This document shows, piece by piece, positions 56,339-64,000 of a DNA stretch of 64,000 nucleotides. The stretch lies in IMG/VR virus record IMGVR_UViG_3300046736_000122, positions 1 through 64,000 of that record; one strand, written 5' to 3'. A program made the translations under genes and the position numbers. This stretch comes from a virus. The notes beneath the pieces are model-generated. The model was given only the letters and a program-made list of their open reading frames with translations. It had not been told where the DNA came from and ran no database searches. Within the stretch, counting starts at the first letter, position 1. Each line of letters opens with the position of its first letter.

Positions 56339-56809
56339 GTGAGGGTGGCTATCGATGCGGTCGGCGTTCCCGTCGTCCGCCGGCAACTTCTGCGCATGGC
56401 CGACAACGCGGCCGACTGCTCGCCGGTCATGGACGCCATCGGCGACGAGATGCTTGAAGCCAACGCGCGCCGCTTCGACAATGAGGGCGACGGCGAGTGG
56501 ACGAAGCCAAGCGACGACTGGACGGACTACAAGGCCGCGCACAGCCTGGATGTGCGCGCCGAGCATGCCTCCCTGGATCTCCGCAAGTCGCTGACGGAGC
56601 GCGGCGGCGAGAACGTGCTGTATGTCCGGCCTGACGGGCTCGTGCTGGACTCCACGGCGAAGGCAGCGCCGTACGCGAAGAAGCGCCAGGGTGACGCGCT
56701 CCTGGCGTACACCGAGGGCGAGAAGCGCCAGTGGGTCCGCCAGGTCCAGGCTTTCGTCATGGCCGAGCGCCGTGATCCTGGCCGCGGCCTACTCGCGAGG
56801 TCCGCGTGA
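56339..56809 (+). CDS. virion morphogenesis protein (Mu gpG-like)
   Basis: RRFDNEG..W..S..K; LRKSL. Confidence 0.6.
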   Translation: MRVAIDAVGVPVVRRQLLRMADNAADCSPVMDAIGDEMLEANARRFDNEGDGEWTKPSDDWTDYKAAHSLDVRAEHASLDLRKSLTERGGENVLYVRPDGLVLDSTAKAAPYAKKRQGDALLAYTEGEKRQWVRQVQAFVMAERRDPGRGLLARSA

Positions 56810-57471
56810 TGCTGGATCGCGTGCTCGGGCCGCTCGTCGACGACCACTCGATCGAGCAGGCGATCAAGGGTGTCCTGTTGCCCCGCCGCAACCTGATCGG
56901 CGTGTGGTCGGATGAGGTCAGCCGCCAGCAGCCCGAGTTCAGCACGGTGCGGATCGAGCGGCCGAAGACGGTCAAGGTCCGATGGTCGATCTCGCGGTTC
57001 GCCGAGGACCAACTGCCAGCCCTGCTCGTGCTCAACGGTGGCACTGTCGGCGAGCCGTACCGCGACGGTGAGGGCCGCTACCAGGCGACGTGGAGCATGG
57101 TCGTGGCGGGCGTTGCGCAGGGCACCAACGAGGACGTGACGCGCGGCATCGCCTCGCGGATGAGCCGTGCGGCCATGGGCGTCCTCGCGAGCATGCTGCC
57201 GAAGGTCGACGACAGGATCGGAACGGTCCGGTGGCAAGGCGCGGAGGACCCGATCGACTACCGCTCGAAGGACGACGTGCGGTCGCGTTGCGCGTTCGGG
57301 CAGCGTTTCACGGTCACGGTCGGAGACATCATGTGTGACCTCGTGGGCCTGCCGGTGGACTGGGACGAGACGGATCCGCCGATGGGTGAGCCGCCGCTTG
57401 ATACCGGGGATCTGGGGACGGTGGCGTCGGCGCGGGTTGAGTCGGCGGTGCCGGTCGACGAGCCGGTCTAG
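56806..57471 (+). CDS. tail terminator-like protein
   Basis: DQLPALLV; position before the sheath. Confidence 0.6.
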   Translation: MMLDRVLGPLVDDHSIEQAIKGVLLPRRNLIGVWSDEVSRQQPEFSTVRIERPKTVKVRWSISRFAEDQLPALLVLNGGTVGEPYRDGEGRYQATWSMVVAGVAQGTNEDVTRGIASRMSRAAMGVLASMLPKVDDRIGTVRWQGAEDPIDYRSKDDVRSRCAFGQRFTVTVGDIMCDLVGLPVDWDETDPPMGEPPLDTGDLGTVASARVESAVPVDEPV

Positions 57472-58116
57472 ACCGCGTCGGTAGGGTCGCGAAGGTCGGC
57501 GACATCGAAGACGACGCGGCCATTGCCGCTGAGGTAGCGCTCCCACGCCGCGTACTGAGCATCGAGGAGCCGGTCCATCGCTGGGCTCGTGTACATCGGC
57601 TGCTGTGCGAGCAGGGAATCGACGGTGATCTTCGGCGTGTCGCTCATTCGGCCGCGCCAGTTTCGATCGTCAGGCAGATGTCTTCGGGCGGCACCGGAAT
57701 GCGGCACGCGATCGTCATGCGCAGGCCGTCAAAGGCGGTCACCACGCCATCCTCCCACGGGCCATCGATCTTGTCGCCGACCACTGGAAGCGGCCGGTCG
57801 AGCATGCGAGCGAGGGCCGCGCGGCAGTCGGCTTCGATCTTGGCCGCGATCTGTACGGGGCAGCCGACGAGGTGTTCGGCGCCTGGAGCGATCCACTCGG
57901 CGCAGGTACAGTCGCCGGCGCTCATGGCTCGCGCCGCGCGGCCTCGGCCGTCATGCGTTCGGCGGCGCGCGAGGCAGTCTCAAGGTCGATGGTGGCCTCG
58001 CCGGTTCGTGCGTCCACGGCGACGACCGATCCAATGGTCACGCCGTCGATGTCGCTCGGCAGGCTGAAGCCCGTGAGGGTGATGGTGCTGCCGACGTGCG
58101 GGGTCCGGTAGTTCAT
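57468..58116 (-). other. three-gene leftward moron (57468-57647, 57644-57925, 57922-58116)
   Basis: coupled small ORFs; TACGAT -10 six nt before ATG 58116. Confidence 0.6.
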
Positions 58117-58136
58117 CGCCGGATCGTATCGCGGCC

Positions 58137-58170
58137 CGATGGACCTTGCGCCCTGTTCGGGGTGAACGCT
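58137..58170 (+). promoter_or_regulatory. class-II late promoter CGATGGAC-N20-AACGCT
   Basis: motif and spacing as at 41666 and 46474. Confidence 0.55.
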
Positions 58171-58208
58171 TCGGGAGTGAGTCCGACCCCCGTCGAGGAG
58201 AGCCGCGC

Positions 58209-58427
58209 GTGACGACCAAGGTGGAGAGCTTCGCGGTCAAGAACATTAGCCGCGGCCCGCAGTGCATCGACGGCCACGGCATGCTCGAAGCGGGCAACGT
58301 CGGCGACGCCGCGGACACGGAGCACACCGCGGCCCTGATCGACGCGGGCCTGCTGCTGCGGATGCCCGACGAGAAGCCCGCCGCGGCCAAGACATCGAGC
58401 CGCGCGGCCGAGAAGGACGGCGAGTAG
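58209..58427 (+). CDS. small tail-associated protein
   Basis: GAGGAG SD; immediately precedes the sheath. Confidence 0.6.
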   Translation: MTTKVESFAVKNISRGPQCIDGHGMLEAGNVGDAADTEHTAALIDAGLLLRMPDEKPAAAKTSSRAAEKDGE

Positions 58428-58430
58428 CCG

Positions 58431-59861
58431 ATGGCCGCCCCCTCCCTGAACGTCACGATCGGTGACCGCGGCGAATCGCAGCCCGACCCGGGCGATGTCG
58501 GCGCATGGCTCGTCGCAGGCCTCTTCGACCGCGGCCCGACCGATCGCTACGTCGAGTGCCGTTCGCTCTCCACGCTGAAGGCCGCGTTCGGCGACGTTGT
58601 GTCTTACAGCTACATGGTCCGCGCGGCCGAGGCGTACTTCCGCGAGGCCAACGGCGCGGGCCGCATGCTCGTCAAGCGCACCGTCGGGCCGGCCGCGACG
58701 AAGGGGACGCTGGCCCTGTCGAGCGCCGTCCCGGCCGTCGTCGGCACGTTCACGGCCATCTCCGAGGGGGCATGGCCGACGGAGATCACCTTCACCGTCG
58801 CGACCGGCAGCGGCTCGACGCGCACGGTCACGATGAAGCAGAACGGCACGGCGCTCTTCAGCGAAGCCTTCACCGCCGCGCTGGACCTTCAGGCGGCGAT
58901 CGAGGCGACGGGGCTCGGGACGTTCCCGCTCGGCGCCGGATCATGGCCGCTCGCGGTACTCGCCGAGACGGCGGTGTCCGCGGGGTCCGATGACCGAGCG
59001 TCGATCCCGACGACGCAGGCCGGGTGGGTCACCGAACTCGCGATCTTCGACGAGGACGCCGGCACCGGCACCGTCAGCCTGCCGGGTGTCACGACGCCTG
59101 CCGCGCACGCGGCGCTGCTTGAGCACGCCGAGACGTTCCGCCGCTTCGCTGAGCTCGACGCGATCGACACCGCGACCGTCGCGTCCCTCACCGCCCCGGC
59201 TGCCACGCTGCGCGCGCTGGACGAGCGCGCCGGGTACGGGCAGCTGCTCGCGCCATGGGTGCAGGTGCCGGGTCCCGGCTCGGGCACAGTCACGATCCCG
59301 CCTTCGGGTGCCGTGGCGGGCCGCATGGCCGCGGCCGACCGTGAGAACCCCGAGGGTCCCGGCCAGCCCGCCGCGTGCGGCTTCGGCGTCTTCCGATGGG
59401 TGCAGGATGTCACGCAGGAGTGGACGCGCGCCGAGCGCGACACCCTCTCCGACGCGGGCGTCACGGTCATCCGCAACGTCAAGGGCAAGGTGCAGCCGTT
59501 CGATAGCCGCACGCTTGCGGACCCGAACGTGTGGCCGCAGTACGACAGCGCGGCTGGGATGCGCGTCGTGTTGGCCATCGCTTCGCAGGCGCAGGCGGTG
59601 CTGAACGCCTACCTCGAGAAGGTCATCACTCCCGGTCTGTACTCGACGATCAAGAAAGACATCGTCGCGATCGGGATGGAGTGGTGGTCGCCGCCGCGCA
59701 ACGCGATCTTCGGCGCCACGCCGGAGGAGGCGTTCGAGGCCACTGTCGGCGCTGGCACCGCGCCGCGTTCGGTCGCGGCGAACCTCTCGATCCGCCCCTC
59801 GGAGTCCGTCAACCGCATCGACTTCGTGTTGACCACCGTCGCCACCGAAGACACGATTTAG
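58431..59861 (+). CDS. tail sheath protein
   Basis: GLFDRGP, AEAYFRE, PWV..PPSGAVAG, DSRTL, EEAF motifs. Confidence 0.88.
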   Translation: MAAPSLNVTIGDRGESQPDPGDVGAWLVAGLFDRGPTDRYVECRSLSTLKAAFGDVVSYSYMVRAAEAYFREANGAGRMLVKRTVGPAATKGTLALSSAVPAVVGTFTAISEGAWPTEITFTVATGSGSTRTVTMKQNGTALFSEAFTAALDLQAAIEATGLGTFPLGAGSWPLAVLAETAVSAGSDDRASIPTTQAGWVTELAIFDEDAGTGTVSLPGVTTPAAHAALLEHAETFRRFAELDAIDTATVASLTAPAATLRALDERAGYGQLLAPWVQVPGPGSGTVTIPPSGAVAGRMAAADRENPEGPGQPAACGFGVFRWVQDVTQEWTRAERDTLSDAGVTVIRNVKGKVQPFDSRTLADPNVWPQYDSAAGMRVVLAIASQAQAVLNAYLEKVITPGLYSTIKKDIVAIGMEWWSPPRNAIFGATPEEAFEATVGAGTAPRSVAANLSIRPSESVNRIDFVLTTVATEDTI

Positions 59862-59874
59862 GAGGCCGCGAGCG

Positions 59875-60309
59875 ATGCCCGGCACCGACTACCTGCTACA
59901 GGAATCCGACGCGTTGATCACGGTCACGATCGACGGCTCGCCGCTTCCCGGCCTGTTCGACAAGAAGGACGGCGGCGACATCACCGCCGACGGCGCGGAC
60001 ACCTACCTCGCGGGCGGCTCAATCACGCCCGAGGCGTACGGCGGCGTCACGAAGGCCGGCGAACTCAAGATCGCGCGAGCGATGCGCACGGGCCGCGACG
60101 TGCCGCTGCTGCGCTGGCTCACGGCTCGCGTCAACCACCCGGGTGTCGTCGGCATCCAGTACACAAACCCCGACAAGTCGCCGGTGACCGACGGGCTGCG
60201 GACCTACCGCGTGAAGCTTTCCGGGCTCGCGGAGCCGACGATCGATTCCAACGGGACGGCGCTGACGTTCATGGAGATGACGTTCAACGTCGACGGGCTG
60301 CCGTCGTGA
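59875..60309 (+). CDS. tail tube protein
   Basis: follows the sheath; FDKKDGG; 144 aa. Confidence 0.75.
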   Translation: MPGTDYLLQESDALITVTIDGSPLPGLFDKKDGGDITADGADTYLAGGSITPEAYGGVTKAGELKIARAMRTGRDVPLLRWLTARVNHPGVVGIQYTNPDKSPVTDGLRTYRVKLSGLAEPTIDSNGTALTFMEMTFNVDGLPS

Positions 60310-60815
60310 GCGCGGCACCGGGAAGCGCCCTCGCGCGTGCACGCGCGGCGTTCGAGGCCAAGCAGGTCGCGGCCGAACCGAAGTACGTCGACCTGTGGCG
60401 CGACGGATCGCTCGTCGCGCAGGTCAAGCGGCCCGACGACACCGCGGGCGCGAGCGCGGTCATCCGTACGATCGCGGCGCTCACATCCTCGTCGACCTCG
60501 ATCTCTGCCGACTTGGAGGCGCAGGCGGCAGTCATCGCCGCCGCCACGATCAACCTCGGCTGCTTCGACGACGCAGGGAGCTTCGAGCCGTTCGGCGCTG
60601 CGCCGATGACCTTCGACGCTGCGTTCGCCGCGTCGATGGGCTGGCCGCCGGGCCTCGACCCGGCCGACATGGTCTGCTTCGCGTTCACCGACGGCTCTCC
60701 GCCCGAGCTCGACACGATCGCGCTCGGCATCGCCGCGGCGAACGTGGCCTCGACCCTGGCGGTCGCCGGACAGCGCGAGCAGGAGGACGCCAGGGCTGCC
60801 GTGGGGGAAGCCTAG
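60306..60815 (+). CDS. tail assembly chaperone (-1 frameshift extends it to 60976)
   Basis: G GGG GAA slippery site at 60803-60809; -1 frame open to TGA 60976. Confidence 0.75.
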   Translation: MSAAPGSALARARAAFEAKQVAAEPKYVDLWRDGSLVAQVKRPDDTAGASAVIRTIAALTSSSTSISADLEAQAAVIAAATINLGCFDDAGSFEPFGAAPMTFDAAFAASMGWPPGLDPADMVCFAFTDGSPPELDTIALGIAAANVASTLAVAGQREQEDARAAVGEA

Positions 60816-60983
60816 GCCCCGCAGAGGATCAGGCGGCCGTGGCCAACGCGATCCTCTTCGGGGCAGGCGACGTAGCGGTCCGACTCATCGAGGGCGACGA
60901 AGTGGAGCGCGCCCTGTACGGCCATCATGTCCGCGTCGCCGTGAAGCTCCACAACGACGACCAGGCGAAGGGTTGAGCGCGGC

Positions 60984-62879
60984 ATGGAAGCTCTCATCAA
61001 GCTCAGCCTGCAAGGTCAGCGCGCCGTCGAGTCCGGGCTGAAGCGGACCGCGAAGGCCGAGGAGGGCATCGGCACGAGCGCGAAGAAGGCCGCGCGCAAC
61101 ACGCTTCTGTGGGCGACGGCCGGGACCGCGGTCGTCAAGGCGTTGTACGACATCGGCGCGACGTTCGACGATGCGTTCGACACGATCCGCACGCAGACCG
61201 GCGCGACAGGCGCACGGCTGCAAGGGCTCGAGGGCGACTTCCGCGCGGTCGTGAAAACGGTGCCATCCGACTTCGGCTCGGCGAGCACGGCTATCGGGCT
61301 GCTCAACTCGCGGCTCGATCTGACTGGCCGCGCGCTGCAGAACCGCTCGGCGCAGTTCCTGAACCTCTCGCGCATCACGAAGACTGACCTTGGCGGCAAC
61401 ATCGAGAGCGTCACGCGGCTGTTCGGCGGTTGGGATGTCGCGTCGTCGCGGCAGGCATCGACGCTCGACATCCTGTTCCGCGCAAGCCAGCGGTCGGGGG
61501 CCGGCGTGGCGGAGCTTGCGAAGAACGTGCAGCTCGCGGGCCCGACGTTGCGTCAGCTCGGACTCGGCCTGGATGAATCCATCGCGTTGTTCTCGAGCTT
61601 CGAGAAGTCGGGCGTGTCGACCGCGCAGATCATGCCGGGCCTCAAGTTCGCGCTCAAGTCGTTTCTGACGGCCGGTAAGGATCCCGGCAAGGAGTTGCAG
61701 CGCACGCTACGCGGCGTGCAGGACGGGACGATCTCCTCGGCAGCGGCGCTCAAGATCTTCGGGGCGAGGGCCGGGCCGCAGCTCGTCGAGGCGATCAAGT
61801 CCGGCCGCTTCGAGGTCGACAAGATGACCGCGGCTTTGGGCAAGGGCGACACGATCAACAAGGCGGCAAAGGACACGGCGGATCTGTCGGAGGCTTGGCA
61901 GGTGTTCAAGAACCGCGCGCTGCTGAAGATCGAGCCGATCGCGACCAAGATCTTCCTGATTCTCGGTGCGGGCATGAACAAACTGCCGGGGCAGATCGAG
62001 CCGGCGACGAACGCGATCTCCGGCCTTGTGGGCTGGCTGGGCCGAAACAAGGACATCGTGCTTGCGGTGTCCGGCGGACTGGCGACGTACTTCGTGCTGA
62101 TGAAGGCCTACGCCGCGTACACCGCAATCGCGGCGTTCGTCACAGGCGGCTGGACGACGGCCTTTTGGGCGCTGGATGCAGCCATGGCAGCCAACCCGGT
62201 GGGGCTGGTCGTCGTAGCCATCGCCGCGCTCGCGGCTGGCTTCATCTACGCCTACAAGCACAGCGAGACGTTCCGCAATGCCGTCAACGGCGCATGGGGC
62301 GTCCTGAAAGACGGCTTCGGGTGGGTGAAGGGCCATTGGCCGCTGCTGCTCAGCATCCTCACCGGCCCGTTCGGGGCCGCAGCGATCTACATCGCGCGGC
62401 ACTTCGACTCGATCGTCGGCACGATCCGCTCGGCGGTCAACGCGGTCATCGACGTCATCAACCTCGCGATCAAGGCGTACAACGCGATCCCACTGGCACC
62501 GGACATCGGGCTCGTCGACAAGCTCGCGACGCCAATCCCAAGCGCGGGCGACAGTGGCCGCAAGAACACACCGGCAGGCTTGAAGGGCAGCGGCAGCCGG
62601 CGTGCCAGCGGCGGCCCGGTCGCGGCCGGTCACGCGTACGTCGTCAACGAACGCGGCACCGAAATCTTGCAGATGGGCAGCCGGGGCGGCTACGTCCACG
62701 ACGCGAAGAGCAGCGCGGCCATGATGGCTGGTGGCGGTGGCCTTGACGAGGCATCGATCGCGCGGATCGTCGCGGCGGTCATGCGCGGCCTGCCGGACTT
62801 CGTGGTGCAGATCGGCCGCGAACCCATCGCTCGCGCGTCCGTCGATCAGTTCCGCCAAGACAAGGCGTACGCGACCTGA
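60984..62879 (+). CDS. tape measure protein
   Basis: DDAFDTIRTQTGATG, ANPVGLVVVAIAAL, RASGGPV. Confidence 0.9.
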   Translation: MEALIKLSLQGQRAVESGLKRTAKAEEGIGTSAKKAARNTLLWATAGTAVVKALYDIGATFDDAFDTIRTQTGATGARLQGLEGDFRAVVKTVPSDFGSASTAIGLLNSRLDLTGRALQNRSAQFLNLSRITKTDLGGNIESVTRLFGGWDVASSRQASTLDILFRASQRSGAGVAELAKNVQLAGPTLRQLGLGLDESIALFSSFEKSGVSTAQIMPGLKFALKSFLTAGKDPGKELQRTLRGVQDGTISSAAALKIFGARAGPQLVEAIKSGRFEVDKMTAALGKGDTINKAAKDTADLSEAWQVFKNRALLKIEPIATKIFLILGAGMNKLPGQIEPATNAISGLVGWLGRNKDIVLAVSGGLATYFVLMKAYAAYTAIAAFVTGGWTTAFWALDAAMAANPVGLVVVAIAALAAGFIYAYKHSETFRNAVNGAWGVLKDGFGWVKGHWPLLLSILTGPFGAAAIYIARHFDSIVGTIRSAVNAVIDVINLAIKAYNAIPLAPDIGLVDKLATPIPSAGDSGRKNTPAGLKGSGSRRASGGPVAAGHAYVVNERGTEILQMGSRGGYVHDAKSSAAMMAGGGGLDEASIARIVAAVMRGLPDFVVQIGREPIARASVDQFRQDKAYAT

Positions 62880-63637
62880 TGACTGTCACGTGGCGCCCCA
62901 TCGCCAAGTCGCTTGCAGGTGGCCGCAACAATCCGCTCGCCGGTGCCGTAGCGGACGTACTCGCCGGCGCGGCGCCAAGCAACCCCGGTGCGGGCCGCGT
63001 CACGTTCTGGGTGCCAGGTCAGCCGCTGCGCGTGACATGCAAGCTTGGCGCGGAGAGCGCCACACCGGGCGGCGGCGTTGGCGGCTGGGATGGACTCACG
63101 TTGCCGGGCCGCGACGACGCGATCGAGTGGGGCTCAACACCGGGACGGACGCTCAGCATCCCGATCCTCATGGATGGCCTCGAGCCGCGCCGCGGCATCG
63201 AGAGCGACATCGCGACGCTCTACACGATGGGTCGCCCGGCTGACGGCTCTCCGCGTGGCAGCACGCCGCCGGCGGTGAAGGTGCGCGGGATGGTGCCCGG
63301 CACCGACCGTGAGTGGGTGATCAACGCGATCGACGAGGGCGCGGCGTTGTGGGACGGCCTGCATCGCGTCCGGCTGTTCGCGACGGTCAACCTGATGGAG
63401 TTCGTGCCGCCCGAGCTCGTGGTGATCCGGCGGCGCTCGTCGAAGTCGGCAAAAGCGAAGTCGGCCGGCACGTACACCGTCAAGCGCGGCGATTCGCTTG
63501 GCTCGATCGCGCGTGACCGGATGGGCCGGAAGACCGCTGCTTCGATCGCGGCCGGGGTGCGCGAGCTCAAGAAGCTGAACGGTATTCGGGATGCGAAGTC
63601 GATTCGGCCCGGCCAGAAGCTCAAGATCCCGGCATGA
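62879..63637 (+). CDS. LysM-containing tail tube initiator / baseplate protein
   Basis: YTVKRGDSLGSIA..LKKLNGI..IRPGQKLKIP. Confidence 0.85.
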   Translation: MTVTWRPIAKSLAGGRNNPLAGAVADVLAGAAPSNPGAGRVTFWVPGQPLRVTCKLGAESATPGGGVGGWDGLTLPGRDDAIEWGSTPGRTLSIPILMDGLEPRRGIESDIATLYTMGRPADGSPRGSTPPAVKVRGMVPGTDREWVINAIDEGAALWDGLHRVRLFATVNLMEFVPPELVVIRRRSSKSAKAKSAGTYTVKRGDSLGSIARDRMGRKTAASIAAGVRELKKLNGIRDAKSIRPGQKLKIPA

Positions 63638-63638
63638 G

Positions 63639-63854
63639 AGCGGTGTATCCGGCACGGACCCTGGCTCGACGCCCCCGGATTGACGGTCCGGGTTGTGCTG
63701 GGCGGATCGGGGATCGGTTGCGCGCACCGTTGCATCCCGATCTACCTATGGGCCGAGCGAGGGGCGGGGCAAGTGCCGGTGCATGAACCCCGCTTTGTCC
63801 GCGGCCCCTCGGGTGTCACCCCTACTCACCACGGCGTGCTCGAGAGATACCACT
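63639..63854 (+). ncRNA. candidate structured intergenic element
   Basis: ends pair with each other and enclose three internal hairpins. Confidence 0.35.
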
Positions 63855-63855
63855 G

Positions 63856-64000
63856 ATGGGCCTGCTCGACCCGCCGTTTGATCTCCTGCTCGACGGCCGC
63901 GATGTCGACATCGTGCTGGGCGCGGCGTCCACGGCCGTCGACCTTGACTTGTCGATGGAGAAGTCGCTGCACCTGTCGATCACGGTGGCCGACCAGCAGC
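63856..64000 (+). CDS. baseplate hub-like protein (partial)
   Basis: MGLLDPPFDLLLDGRDV..LSITVAD; position after the LysM gene. Confidence 0.55.
   Translation, partial: MGLLDPPFDLLLDGRDVDIVLGAASTAVDLDLSMEKSLHLSITVADQQ

Noticed and set aside
1-64000. tRNA, rRNA, reverse transcriptase/DGR, intact integrase or CI repressor
   Set aside because: None recognised by eye; tRNAscan and HMM runs would be needed to exclude divergent cases.

Overview
High-GC tailed-phage genome segment, apparently a contractile-tail myovirus. The host is probably actinobacterial; remnants of a tyrosine recombinase hint at Thermoleophilia/Solirubrobacterales. Gene order is: a leftward pentapeptide-repeat operon, a lysis cassette (M23 peptidase + lytic transglycosylase), a long rightward early/replication region, then terminase, a DUF935-type portal fused to a head-morphogenesis domain, protease, capsid, neck, sheath, tube, frameshifted chaperone, tape measure and baseplate genes. 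The early region holds Bet/RecT, a PD-(D/E)XK exonuclease, HNHs, a nucleotidyltransferase, two SNF2 helicases (one fused to an amino-MTase), an initiator, an HD hydrolase, DnaB, RusA-like, TnpB and a C5-MTase. Three short leftward morons interrupt the late region. Top finding: a 396-aa intein (44143-45330) in the portal/head-morphogenesis ORF has no endonuclease in its own frame, but nests a complete Zn-finger + Vsr/DUF559-type endonuclease gene on the OPPOSITE strand (44266-45210) with its own leaderless-type -10 box. Other signals are a recurrent (G/C)CGCGGC(C/G)ATG gene-junction motif, two repeated promoter classes, an orphan TnpB, an HNH gene replacing the core of an integrase, and two structured non-coding regions. 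All calls come from reading motifs by eye; no database searches were run.
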